From: an uncultured Chlamydiales bacterium | Lineage (GTDB): Bacteria > Chlamydiota > Chlamydiia > Chlamydiales > JAAKFR01 | Assembly (NCBI GenBank): GCA_963705695.1 | Contig: CAVPKN010000043.1 | Coordinates: 103 to 64,102 of the forward strand | DNA length: 64,000 nt | Direction of reading: 5' to 3' | Shown here: in pieces, positions 46,953 to 55,560 of the stretch | Layout: each line of letters opens with the position of its first letter | Position numbering within the stretch: position 1 is the stretch's first letter | Made by a program: the position numbers and the translations under genes | The notes under the pieces: generated by a model | What the model was told of the DNA's origin: nothing | Database searches by the model: none | The model's input: the letters and a program-made list of their open reading frames with translations, nothing else

Positions 46953-47987
46953 GTGAGCGCTTTCACACCAGAATGTGAAGAGAGAATCGTCACTGTCGTA
47001 GGGGGGATTATCCCCCTCGAAAAAAAGATCAAGCAGTTTCAAAAACGAAAACCCCAAAAAATCATTCTCCTAGCTGGGCCTACAGCTTGCGGTAAAACCT
47101 CTCTCTCCCTTTTATTGGCCGAGATGTTAAAGGGGGAAATTGTTTCGGCGGATTCGATTCAAGTTTATAAGGGAATGGATATCGGCACTGCCAAAGTAAG
47201 CGCTGAAGATCAGGCCCGCATTCCTCACCATCTGATCGATATCCGTCAACTTCACGATACGTTCAACATCGTTGATTTTTACTACGAAGCAAGGCAGAGC
47301 TGCGAATCGATTTTAGCGCGTGGTAAGGTGCCGATTGTGGTGGGAGGCTCTGGTTTTTATTTTAGAGCACTTCTCTATGGGCCGCCAGGTGGGCCTCCTC
47401 CTATGCCCGATTTGCGTATGGTGTTGGAAGAGGAGATGGAGCATTTGGGGTCGGAAGCTCTCTATGAAAGATTGAAAGAGTACGACCCGGTTTATGCAGC
47501 CACAATCACTCCCCATGATCGACAAAAAATTGTCCGTGCTTTAGAAATCGTGACGTTAACAGGGGAGAAAGTCAGTAAGCTCCAATGGAAAAGAAATCGC
47601 CCCCTTCCCGATTTTGATTACCATTGCTGGTTTATTTATCGCCCCAGGGAAATTCTCTACCCCGCGATCGATGCGCGGTGTGAACAGATGTTGGAGAGAG
47701 GTTTGATCGATGAGGTGAAAGAGCTTGAGAAGCAGGGACTCTCCTTTAATCTCTCCGCTTCACAAGCGATTGGCTACCGGCAATGCCTCGATTTTCTGCA
47801 GACAAGTCAAGATGAAAATGAGTATAAAAAATTTGTTCGCAAATTCAAAGCGGCCTCCCGCCAATACGCCAAAAGGCAATTTACCTGGTTCCGCAAGGAA
47901 CCTCTTTTTAAGTGGTTAAATGTCGATCTCCACGATTTAGAGATCGGCGCCGAGATGATCGCCCAAGAATATAACTCCAGCATATGA
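46953..47987 (+). CDS. miaA: tRNA dimethylallyltransferase
   Basis: The P-loop is LAGPTACGKTSLSL. Further motifs are ADSIQVYKGMDIGTAK, HHLIDI and GGSGFYFRALL. Confidence 0.95.
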   Translation: MSAFTPECEERIVTVVGGIIPLEKKIKQFQKRKPQKIILLAGPTACGKTSLSLLLAEMLKGEIVSADSIQVYKGMDIGTAKVSAEDQARIPHHLIDIRQLHDTFNIVDFYYEARQSCESILARGKVPIVVGGSGFYFRALLYGPPGGPPPMPDLRMVLEEEMEHLGSEALYERLKEYDPVYAATITPHDRQKIVRALEIVTLTGEKVSKLQWKRNRPLPDFDYHCWFIYRPREILYPAIDARCEQMLERGLIDEVKELEKQGLSFNLSASQAIGYRQCLDFLQTSQDENEYKKFVRKFKAASRQYAKRQFTWFRKEPLFKWLNVDLHDLEIGAEMIAQEYNSSI

Positions 47988-48023
47988 ACCTATCCCAAAA
48001 CTCAGGTTTTTAGGATAGGTTCA
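47985..48023 (+). terminator. perfect 11-bp stem hairpin overlapping the miaA stop
   Basis: The stem is TGAACCTATCC / GGATAGGTTCA with a 17-nt loop, followed by an A/T-rich tract. Confidence 0.5.
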
Positions 48024-48057
48024 TAAAAAAATTAGTTTTTTTATAAAAACAATTTAG

Positions 48058-48831
48058 TTGATTCAATTATTGAATCAAAGCGATATTATTTTCGCCATGA
48101 GCGTAAATAATGTTAATTCAAATCCAATACGATGGGATATTGCCAAAACCCCATCCTCTTCTAGCGCGGTGCCATCCCTTCCAGAGATCTCCCTCCCTGG
48201 TATTGAGGAGAGTCAATTTGTCCCTCCCCCATACAATGTCATTCTCCCCCTTGAGCAGTTAATACAAGGGAAAAACGGATCGGAGATGGCGAAACAGATC
48301 TTGCGCCACTCTCTTCGCGATGCAGCCAAGCGGATTTTTTATCAGCCACTACGCTCCTTTTTAGAGATCGTTGTGAATGCCCTTGATGCTTCCGTTGACC
48401 CTCAAAAAAGCGTAGGGAAGCATGGTTTGGGATTCATTTCGATCTTCACCTTTTTAACACACCCCGAGACGCAGGGATGTTCGATTCATATCGAGACCAC
48501 CTATGAGGAGAGCAAGGGAGTGTTTTCGAGTTATAGCATGGATTTTTTTGAAGAGAATGAAAGCTATAAAGTTCTTTTTAAAGAAAGGGAGCCGCAATCG
48601 GAAACCGGTACCAAAATCGACATCATTCCACAATCGGGCGCATTTTCTCACGAAACCTTGGAACAGCTTAATCGCTATTGCCACTATTTGCAATTCTACG
48701 AACATGGGAAAGTCGAAGTGAAATATGAAGAGGTTACTCGGCTTATTGGTGAAGGCTCTCAAATTTTAGCGTGGGTAGCTTTAAGAAAAGAGGGGCTAAG
48801 CGTATGTGATAAGGCATCCTATTACCCATAA
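48058..48831 (+). pseudogene. 5-prime remnant of a hypothetical gene, cut off by the IS terminus at 48814
   Basis: The 257-aa ORF reading frame runs into the IS inverted repeat and stops there. It contains EIVVNALDAS and GKHGLGFISIF, which are vaguely like a GHKL/sacsin-type N-box and glycine motif, but the spacing is atypical. Confidence 0.5.
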
Positions 48832-50059
48832 GTTTTGCTTGAAATCAATGGGTTACATCATCTGTTGGTAGATCTATTCGGAAAAGCAGCTTTAGGCATG
48901 GGTGGGGGAGGGGTTTGGGGAGGGGGGCGAGCAAAGCGAGGGGCCCTCCCCTAATAAAACCTCGCAAAACTCAGTTTCAATAATTAAAATCCTTCTGCAC
49001 TTAAAAATTTTTCCACCCCTCCCTGACAGATCAAAATTGATTTGGCATAGGTTCAAAGCCTCTTGATTGACTACCCTCCGAATGCCTCCCATGCTAGCGC
49101 AAAATCAACCATTCTTGACATCCCTTTCCATATCACCTTTACTCCTGGTGGACCTTCACTTTTACGATTAACATAGCCTCCTAGAACTGCAATCATTATT
49201 ATAAATTCCTTAAGGCTAGGTGCTTGCAATGGAACTGCTTCTTTTTTATATAATATCTTATATACCGACTTCCATTCTGCATCTGTAAATAGCGCTTCAC
49301 AAGATATTTCTCCATGTACTCTTCCCATCATCATTGTAAATTGTACTCTCCAGGCAAGGATCATAAAAATGGCTATCAATGCCCTCATTCGGTCTGCTGC
49401 CTGTAATTGTCTTTCTTCTATCTTACAGCCACTCTTAAGTATCTTAAAAAATATCTCTATTTCCCAACGACATAGATAGTACTGAATCACTTTTAGGGCT
49501 TCATCAAATGTACCTACCGGAAGACTTGTTATTAGTATCCATACCAAAGCCTTCTCTCCTTCAGGAGGGTGTTCTTCTACGGCCATGACTACATTCATCT
49601 TTTTTACCGTCGCTTTTTTGTTCCTTGGCTTTAATGAAACAGTGATCCCTTTCAATTGTTGTTTGACTCTTCTCTCTGCCTTCTTCTCCCTAGACGGTAT
49701 TACAAACTCTATTTCACCTAATGATGGTGCGTTATCAAGCCTGTGTCTTAATTTTTCTTTTTCTCCCTTCTCTTCCTGAAACAACAATCGATCGTATTGC
49801 GCTCTTACGATAATATCCGCAGCAGTCATACTTTCTTTTTGTTTCTCCACTTCTTCAAAAACTTCTATAATATCTCCTTCTCGATCTATAATGTTAATTA
49901 CTTTGTCTCGGACATTTTCTGTGCAATTTTGCAAGATTGTAGATAACTTTCTAGCCAACAATGGCTTTCTTTATCTGCGATAGCTGCTTTTCCGAATAGA
50001 TCTACCAACAGATGATGTAACCCATTGATTTCAAGCAAAACTTATGGGTAATAGGATGC
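48814..50059. mobile_element. IS4-family (Tn5/IS50-like) element, internally deleted, with perfect 78-bp terminal inverted repeats
   Basis: I checked base by base that 48814..48891 is the exact reverse complement of 49982..50059. The flanking 9-mers differ (tgtgataag vs aagcccgag), so there is no target-site duplication. Confidence 0.85.
49071..49961 (-). pseudogene. DDE transposase, IS4 family, N-terminally truncated
   Basis: 296 aa. IIDREGD and YYLCRWEIEIFFKILKSGCKIEERQL are colinear with Tn5 Tnp residues from about 185 onward (DREAD ... YTHRWRIEEFHKAWKTG). Only 20 bp separate the ORF start from the inverted repeat, so the DNA-binding domain and the first catalytic Asp are absent. Confidence 0.85.
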
Positions 50060-50171
50060 AAGCCCGAGCCCGTGCCCGAATTCAAGGTAGCAATCGGGCA
50101 CGGGCTCGGGCTCGTTCACGAAAATGCCTTGATCTTAGACAATTAAAAATGCTTCTAAAATTTCTTTTTTT
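50060..50171. repeat. family A repeat, copy abutting the IS, left arm truncated, with shared 3-prime tail
   Basis: The core is aagcccgagcccgtgcccg-loop-cgggcacgggctcgggctcgttcacgaa. The tail aatgccttgatcttagacaattaaaaatgcttctaaaatttctttttt is nearly identical to 57311..57357. Confidence 0.7.
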
Positions 50172-50196
50172 AATGGTCAGTGCCATAAGCTCATTG

Positions 50197-50778
50197 TTAA
50201 GTGGGTGGGCGTTCGCCAAAGTTGTTGATTCGGGCGAAGGGGACTTCGAAGCCAATGGTAATGTGGAAATCGTGCCCATTGACGAGTGGAGGTAAGCCGA
50301 GTTTCATCCTTAATTCTTCCAGCTCCTGAGATTCTACAGCGATAATCCAGCGATCCCCAGTATGGTGTTGCTCGGTGCGGTAACCGACATAGACAGCTTT
50401 ATAACTCGGGAGGATCCGAAGTTCTTTAACTTCAAACTGGAATTCCTTTCCGATCACTTCCTCTAGTCCGGTGCATTTTTCCTGATCAGTGACCACGGTA
50501 ATATGTGCCCCTTCCTCCTCGCTAAAAGAGGTTGTCGGCCTTAAATGACCATCCAAAATCAGATTGGGGAAGGTTTTGGTAATGTACTCATTCGTGACAT
50601 CGAGATAGACATAACCGTTCGATTTCATTTTCAACACCCCCACCTGAGGCAATGAGGTTGTGATCTCTAAAACATGATTTTGGGTGTGATCGACTTTATA
50701 ATCGGCATTTGCTTGCTGATAAATGGCAGCATGAAGAGTTGCGGAAAGAGAGAATAGTAAAATGAGGATTTTTTTCAT
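50197..50778 (-). CDS. secreted 2H-phosphoesterase-like protein (LigT / cyclic phosphodiesterase superfamily)
   Basis: Intact 193-aa ORF. The signal peptide is MKKILILLFSLSATLHA. Two H-x-T motifs, each followed by a hydrophobic residue, lie about 80 aa apart (GAHITVV and FHITIGF). Confidence 0.7.
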   Translation of the reverse strand: MKKILILLFSLSATLHAAIYQQANADYKVDHTQNHVLEITTSLPQVGVLKMKSNGYVYLDVTNEYITKTFPNLILDGHLRPTTSFSEEEGAHITVVTDQEKCTGLEEVIGKEFQFEVKELRILPSYKAVYVGYRTEQHHTGDRWIIAVESQELEELRMKLGLPPLVNGHDFHITIGFEVPFARINNFGERPPT

Positions 50779-50846
50779 AAATGCCTAAGTTTAAAAAGGA
50801 TATTCGTAGAAATCTACTATAAGAATTCAGTTTTGTGCAACTGTAT

Positions 50847-51989
50847 TTATTTCGAAACGCACTTTGAAGCAAGTAGGCCCAGAGCGGGGAGGTTGTCGGG
50901 TTCGTTGACTTTTTGTTCTAGGGGGACTTCGACGGAATCAATTCCTTCGTAGGTGCGAATGATCTGGTAAAAAGAGTCTCTTTGAGCGGGTTCAAATCCC
51001 GCTTGCCGGATCATGTGGAGCATATCATTATGATCGGCGCGGCAGATCCATTCAGTGGCCCGATGGACGTTCTCCTCCATGATTGTGCCTCCAAAGTCAT
51101 CGGCGCCGTAATGGAGCGCCTCAATGCCGATCGCCTTCCCTTCGCTGAACCACGAAGCTGCAATATGTTTGAAATTATCGAGATAGATCCGAGAAAAGGC
51201 CAAAATGCGGAAATACGCGTCTTTTCCCGCCCAATTCTTGACATGCCGTCTGAGAAGAGTGCGCTCCCGTTTATAGCTCCAAGGGACAAAAGCGGTAAAA
51301 CCAGAATTGCGGTCTTGATAGGTTCTGAGGGTATCGAGATGGGCCACCACATCCTCTGCCTCTTCAACGTGGCCATACATCATCGTGGCTGTCGTCAAAA
51401 AACCGACTTGATGAGCCGTGTGATGGAACTCGATCCACCCTTGAGGTCCCATTTTTTTAGGTGAGATCTCTTGCCGCACCCGCTCAGATAAAATCTCCGC
51501 TCCACCGCCAGGGATCGTCCGCAAACCTGCGTCCCATAATTTTTCTAATGCCTCTCTTAACGAGATACCAGATACACGGGCGGCATTCCAAATCTCCACG
51601 GCGCTAAAGAAATGGGGATGGAGATCGGGATAGCGGGCCAGAGCGGTTTTCACGAGTTCAACATGATAATCAATCTTTAAATCGTCATTGACCCCACCTT
51701 GGAGCAACACGGTCTTTAATCCTGCCTTTCTGGCTCGTTCCATGTGAGCCATCACCTCTTCGATCGATTTTGTGTAGGCATCTTTTGCCCCTTTATGGCG
51801 GTAAAAGGCGCAGAAGGAACAATCGATATGGCAGACATTTGTGTAGTTAGGATTGGAGTCAAGAACAAAGGTGACTCTCTGATGGGGATGTTTGGTGTTT
51901 CGGATCGCTTGGGCTTTTTGTTTGAGAAGATCAAGAGGGGCGTGCTTGAAAAGCTCAAGACCCTCATCATAATTTATACGGCGTTCCAT
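50847..51989 (-). CDS. radical SAM enzyme of the futalosine menaquinone pathway (MqnC/MqnE family; the two are not distinguished)
   Basis: 380 aa. The CxxxCxxC cluster is CHIDCSFCAF. Further motifs are TVLLQGG, PGGGAEIL and ATMMYGHVE. Confidence 0.8.
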   Translation of the reverse strand: MERRINYDEGLELFKHAPLDLLKQKAQAIRNTKHPHQRVTFVLDSNPNYTNVCHIDCSFCAFYRHKGAKDAYTKSIEEVMAHMERARKAGLKTVLLQGGVNDDLKIDYHVELVKTALARYPDLHPHFFSAVEIWNAARVSGISLREALEKLWDAGLRTIPGGGAEILSERVRQEISPKKMGPQGWIEFHHTAHQVGFLTTATMMYGHVEEAEDVVAHLDTLRTYQDRNSGFTAFVPWSYKRERTLLRRHVKNWAGKDAYFRILAFSRIYLDNFKHIAASWFSEGKAIGIEALHYGADDFGGTIMEENVHRATEWICRADHNDMLHMIRQAGFEPAQRDSFYQIIRTYEGIDSVEVPLEQKVNEPDNLPALGLLASKCVSK

Positions 51990-52081
51990 TCTAATGCCTG
52001 CATTGACGAAAAGTGCTTGAAACGATTAACATCTTCTCTTTAAACTTTTTTGTCAATTCAGTTAAAACTCTTTTCTAAAAT

Positions 52082-53776
52082 ATGAGTCAGATCATCTGCA
52101 TGGAAGAAGAACAAACATTTCCTCAAGACAATTCCCAACAAGAAGCCCTCCAACATACCCTTGACTCTACAGAGCCAGGGTTTGGCGAGCCATATACACC
52201 CTCTTCCTTGCCGGCCGACCATCCTTTTTTGAAACAGCTCGAACAACTTCCCACTAGTGAGGAGAAAATTAAAGCGTGTATCACGCTAATGCGGGAGGCT
52301 TTGGCACAGCCCTCTTCCCCTAATTTCAAGTTGTTTTGGGAGGTTCGGAAAATCTGCCTTCCTCTTTTTAAAGAGGCGTTAGCCGCTCCTGTCCGTGCGC
52401 AGCTTTGGGATGAGTACATTGAAATGACACGTGAGGGGCGTAGATTGAAGAGTCTCCTTGATGAAGAGACAGCTTTCGCGGTTGAGCAGATTGACTTAGC
52501 CATTGCTGCTTTAGAGGAGGAGATCAGAGGGTATCAAACACATCGTGATGGGATCTTAGAAAAGATCACTCCTATCGAATTTCCCATTCCGACCCACACT
52601 CTTGAACAAAGACATGATTTTTATCAAAAAACGCAAAAGCAGCTCAACCTTCTCAATCTCTATGCCGCGCGGATTAATGCTCTTCGTAAAGAATTGATCC
52701 GCACCGAAATGCGAATTCGCCAGAAAAATAAATTTTTTCAACGGCTCTCTCTGCTAGGGGACGCCATATTTCCGCTACGAAAAGACTTAATACGGGATGT
52801 GAGTGAGGCGTTTATTCAAGATGTGGCGGCTTTTGTGGAAGAGCACTTTTCAGATGCCAACTTTAATGAAGCCGAAGTGCGCCACTCTGTTTTCTTTTTC
52901 AGGGAGGAAATTAAGAATCTACAGAGCAGTGCGAAAATTTTGACATTGAACACCCATGCGTTCTCAACGACACGGGAGATGTTAAGTCGCTCATGGGACC
53001 GCCTTAAGGGTATGGAAAAGGAGCTGAAAAAAGAGTATGCTGAGCAAAGGCAGAAATCGGCAGAGAATGCGGTTCAAGTCAAAGAAAAAATAGATCAGTT
53101 TATTCAAGCCTATGAGGAGAAAAAACTCTCCAATGAGGAAGGGCTGCATGAACTCGATGAGATCAGTCGCTGGATGCGTGATATCCAGTTGACCAGAAAC
53201 GACGTCCGCTGGCTGCGTGATCTGTTGCATACGGCTCGACAACCTCTTGAGTTAAAGAAAAACGAAGCGGCTCAAGAAAAAAAACAAAAAGAAGTTGAGT
53301 TTGAGCAGGCACGAAAATGGCGTGTAGAAGAGTTTAAGAAACAATTGGATCAATTACAGAAAGCATGTGAGAGCGAATCCGTTGCTACATTGACAGACGA
53401 CTTGGAAGACGCGCGGAAAGCATTTGCGCAACTCTCTCTATCTAAAGCAGAAAAGCAGTTTTATGACCGCACTCTTAAAGCAATTCGAGATCAAATTACC
53501 GAAAAGCAGAGTCAAGCACTTCTCACCCTTTCTGTTGATGATCGGGCGGCACTCGATGATCTCGAGCAGATGCTCAACCAAAGAATGGAGCGGAGAAAAG
53601 AGATTAAGCATCAAATAGAAGAATATAGAAAAATTATTGGTGGTTCTGGACTCGATTTTGAAAAAGCAATACGATATAATGAGCTTATAGAAACCGAGAA
53701 GGAAGCGCTAGCTAAAATCGACGAAAATATCGTCGAAGTTAAAAAGAAAATAGCGGCTCTCAAAAAAACCCGCTAG
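52082..53776 (+). CDS. hypothetical coiled-coil-rich protein
   Basis: Intact 564-aa ORF, divergent from the mqn gene. It is highly charged and helical, with no TM segment. Its position corresponds to a conserved chlamydial hypothetical gene upstream of rsfS/fabF (from memory). Confidence 0.7.
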   Translation: MSQIICMEEEQTFPQDNSQQEALQHTLDSTEPGFGEPYTPSSLPADHPFLKQLEQLPTSEEKIKACITLMREALAQPSSPNFKLFWEVRKICLPLFKEALAAPVRAQLWDEYIEMTREGRRLKSLLDEETAFAVEQIDLAIAALEEEIRGYQTHRDGILEKITPIEFPIPTHTLEQRHDFYQKTQKQLNLLNLYAARINALRKELIRTEMRIRQKNKFFQRLSLLGDAIFPLRKDLIRDVSEAFIQDVAAFVEEHFSDANFNEAEVRHSVFFFREEIKNLQSSAKILTLNTHAFSTTREMLSRSWDRLKGMEKELKKEYAEQRQKSAENAVQVKEKIDQFIQAYEEKKLSNEEGLHELDEISRWMRDIQLTRNDVRWLRDLLHTARQPLELKKNEAAQEKKQKEVEFEQARKWRVEEFKKQLDQLQKACESESVATLTDDLEDARKAFAQLSLSKAEKQFYDRTLKAIRDQITEKQSQALLTLSVDDRAALDDLEQMLNQRMERRKEIKHQIEEYRKIIGGSGLDFEKAIRYNELIETEKEALAKIDENIVEVKKKIAALKKTR

Positions 53777-53843
53777 TAGTTGTAGGGCCCTCGCGCATTT
53801 CAAAGAAAAAAGAAGCGCATCCTTCTCATTCAATAGGTGATAT

Positions 53844-54464
53844 GTGATCGCTGCCTTCGATTTGGATGGGACTCTTCTCAAAAAAAATAGCAGTTTTGCT
53901 TTTTGCCGTTTTCTTTGTGAAAGAGGGGTTTTTAATAAATCAGATCTCCTCTTCTGCTCTGCTGTTTATATGCGACATATTTATGGGGGACTTTCCTTAT
54001 GGCAACTCCACCATCTTATTTTTAAAAGATTGTTTTACGGCAAGAGCATAGAGATGTTAACACCGTATCTCGATGAGTTTTTGAACGAACGGTTAGAGGC
54101 ATTATGGTACCCTCCCGCTCTTTTGCGACTGCAGGAAATGAGAGCGGGTGGTTTTGAAAGCATGATCCTCTCCAATTCTCCCCATTTTTTAGTCGTGCCG
54201 ATCGCTAAGCGAATCGGGATCGAAAAGGTTTATGCTTCTTTATATAAAAGCGATGCGCTGGGCAGGCTCTCAGGAATAGGGCCTATGATGGATGGGACCA
54301 AGAAGGCTGCGGTATTGAATGGTCTCCCATCGTCAAAAAAAATAGCGTTTTCCGACAGTCATCTCGATCTTTCGTTTCTCCAAGCTGCAGATATTGCTGT
54401 GGCGGTCAATCCGAAATCATCATTGAAGAAGATCGCCAACCGACACGGTTGGGAAATTATATGA
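53844..54464 (+). CDS. HAD-superfamily hydrolase, subfamily IB (SerB-like)
   Basis: The GTG start gives MIAAFDLDGTLL (DxDxT motif I). Later motifs are LSNSP and a C-terminal FSDSHLD. Confidence 0.75.
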   Translation: MIAAFDLDGTLLKKNSSFAFCRFLCERGVFNKSDLLFCSAVYMRHIYGGLSLWQLHHLIFKRLFYGKSIEMLTPYLDEFLNERLEALWYPPALLRLQEMRAGGFESMILSNSPHFLVVPIAKRIGIEKVYASLYKSDALGRLSGIGPMMDGTKKAAVLNGLPSSKKIAFSDSHLDLSFLQAADIAVAVNPKSSLKKIANRHGWEII

Positions 54465-54494
54465 TCTGTTGATGATTTTTTGCGCAAGGTGGGT

Positions 54495-55139
54495 ATGAAG
54501 GAATCAATAGGTCTTTTTGGGGGGACTTTTAATCCTATCCATTTTGGCCATCTCAATTTGGCTTTAGAAATGAAGGAAAAGATCGGTTTAAACCGCATTT
54601 GGTTTATCCCCTCTTTGGTTTCTCCCTTTCGGACAGGTGAATCAGGGATCCCCCCTCAACATCGGCTTAAAATGCTCGAATTGGCTTGCGATGAACTTCC
54701 CCATTTTGAGGTATGTACAATCGAATTACAACGCCCCCCCCCTTCTTTCACAGTTGATACAGTAAGAGAGATTTTAACAAAGTATCCGCAACACCATTTT
54801 TATTTGATTTTTGGTGAGGATAGTTTGATCCATTTCTCGAAATGGAAAGAGCCCTTAGAAATTATCCGCCTCCTCCCTTTGCTGATCGGGTCTCGAATGC
54901 ATTCCGAATTGATAAAAAGATTACCTGACCTTGGTTTTGCAGAGGAAATACGGGGAGCCATCGAGCGGGGAGTGGTTTTGACACGTCAGTTGGAAATCAG
55001 CGCTACAGAGATTAGAGATCGTATCAAAAAAAATCTATATTGTGGCCACTTTTTACCTGGTAAAGTGCTGGACTATATATATGAAAATCAATTATATTCT
55101 TTTGTAAAAAATGAGAAAAGAAGCAGCGCATCTTCTTAG
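54495..55139 (+). CDS. nadD: nicotinate-nucleotide adenylyltransferase
   Basis: GLFGGTFNPIHFGHLNLA is present, with a later ISATEIR. The start is set at the ATG at 54495. Confidence 0.9.
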   Translation: MKESIGLFGGTFNPIHFGHLNLALEMKEKIGLNRIWFIPSLVSPFRTGESGIPPQHRLKMLELACDELPHFEVCTIELQRPPPSFTVDTVREILTKYPQHHFYLIFGEDSLIHFSKWKEPLEIIRLLPLLIGSRMHSELIKRLPDLGFAEEIRGAIERGVVLTRQLEISATEIRDRIKKNLYCGHFLPGKVLDYIYENQLYSFVKNEKRSSASS

Positions 55140-55197
55140 CCCTCTATAAAATATTTTTTTTCGTTCCTTACTTAGGAATGTTGCCGCTGTCGAAAAA

Positions 55198-55560
55198 ATG
55201 AAAAAAGATAATTTAGAGAGTATCAATGTTATTGGGCAAATTCTTTTCGATAAAAAGGGTTTTAATATCCTTGCCCTTGATGTCCGTGGCATTTCAACCC
55301 TGACCGACTATTTTTTGATAGCAGAAGGTAATGTTGATAAACATGTGGTCGCATTAGCGAAAGAGATTATTGAGAAATTAAAAAAAGAGGGGGATGTGCC
55401 AGCACACGTCGAGGGATTGGATCAAGGAGAGTGGGTGGTGATTGATTATTTGGATATTGTGATCCATCTATTCAAACCTGGTCTGCGCGATAAATACCGT
55501 TTGGAAGAATTATGGCACGAAGGGGAAATCATCGATCTTAAATTTGGTGGCTATGAATAA
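55198..55560 (+). CDS. rsfS: ribosomal silencing factor RsfS
   Basis: DYFLIAEGNVDKHVVALAKEI...WVVIDYLDIVIHLF..RDKYRLEELW fits RsfS. Confidence 0.9.
   Translation: MKKDNLESINVIGQILFDKKGFNILALDVRGISTLTDYFLIAEGNVDKHVVALAKEIIEKLKKEGDVPAHVEGLDQGEWVVIDYLDIVIHLFKPGLRDKYRLEELWHEGEIIDLKFGGYE

Noticed and set aside
50044-50295. An 83-aa ORF with an RARARA stretch next to the IS, and ORF 29816..30040 inside the family E MITE.
   Set aside because: Both are translations of repeat elements; the RARARAR stretch comes from the hexamer palindrome. The first also overlaps the real minus-strand 2H gene.
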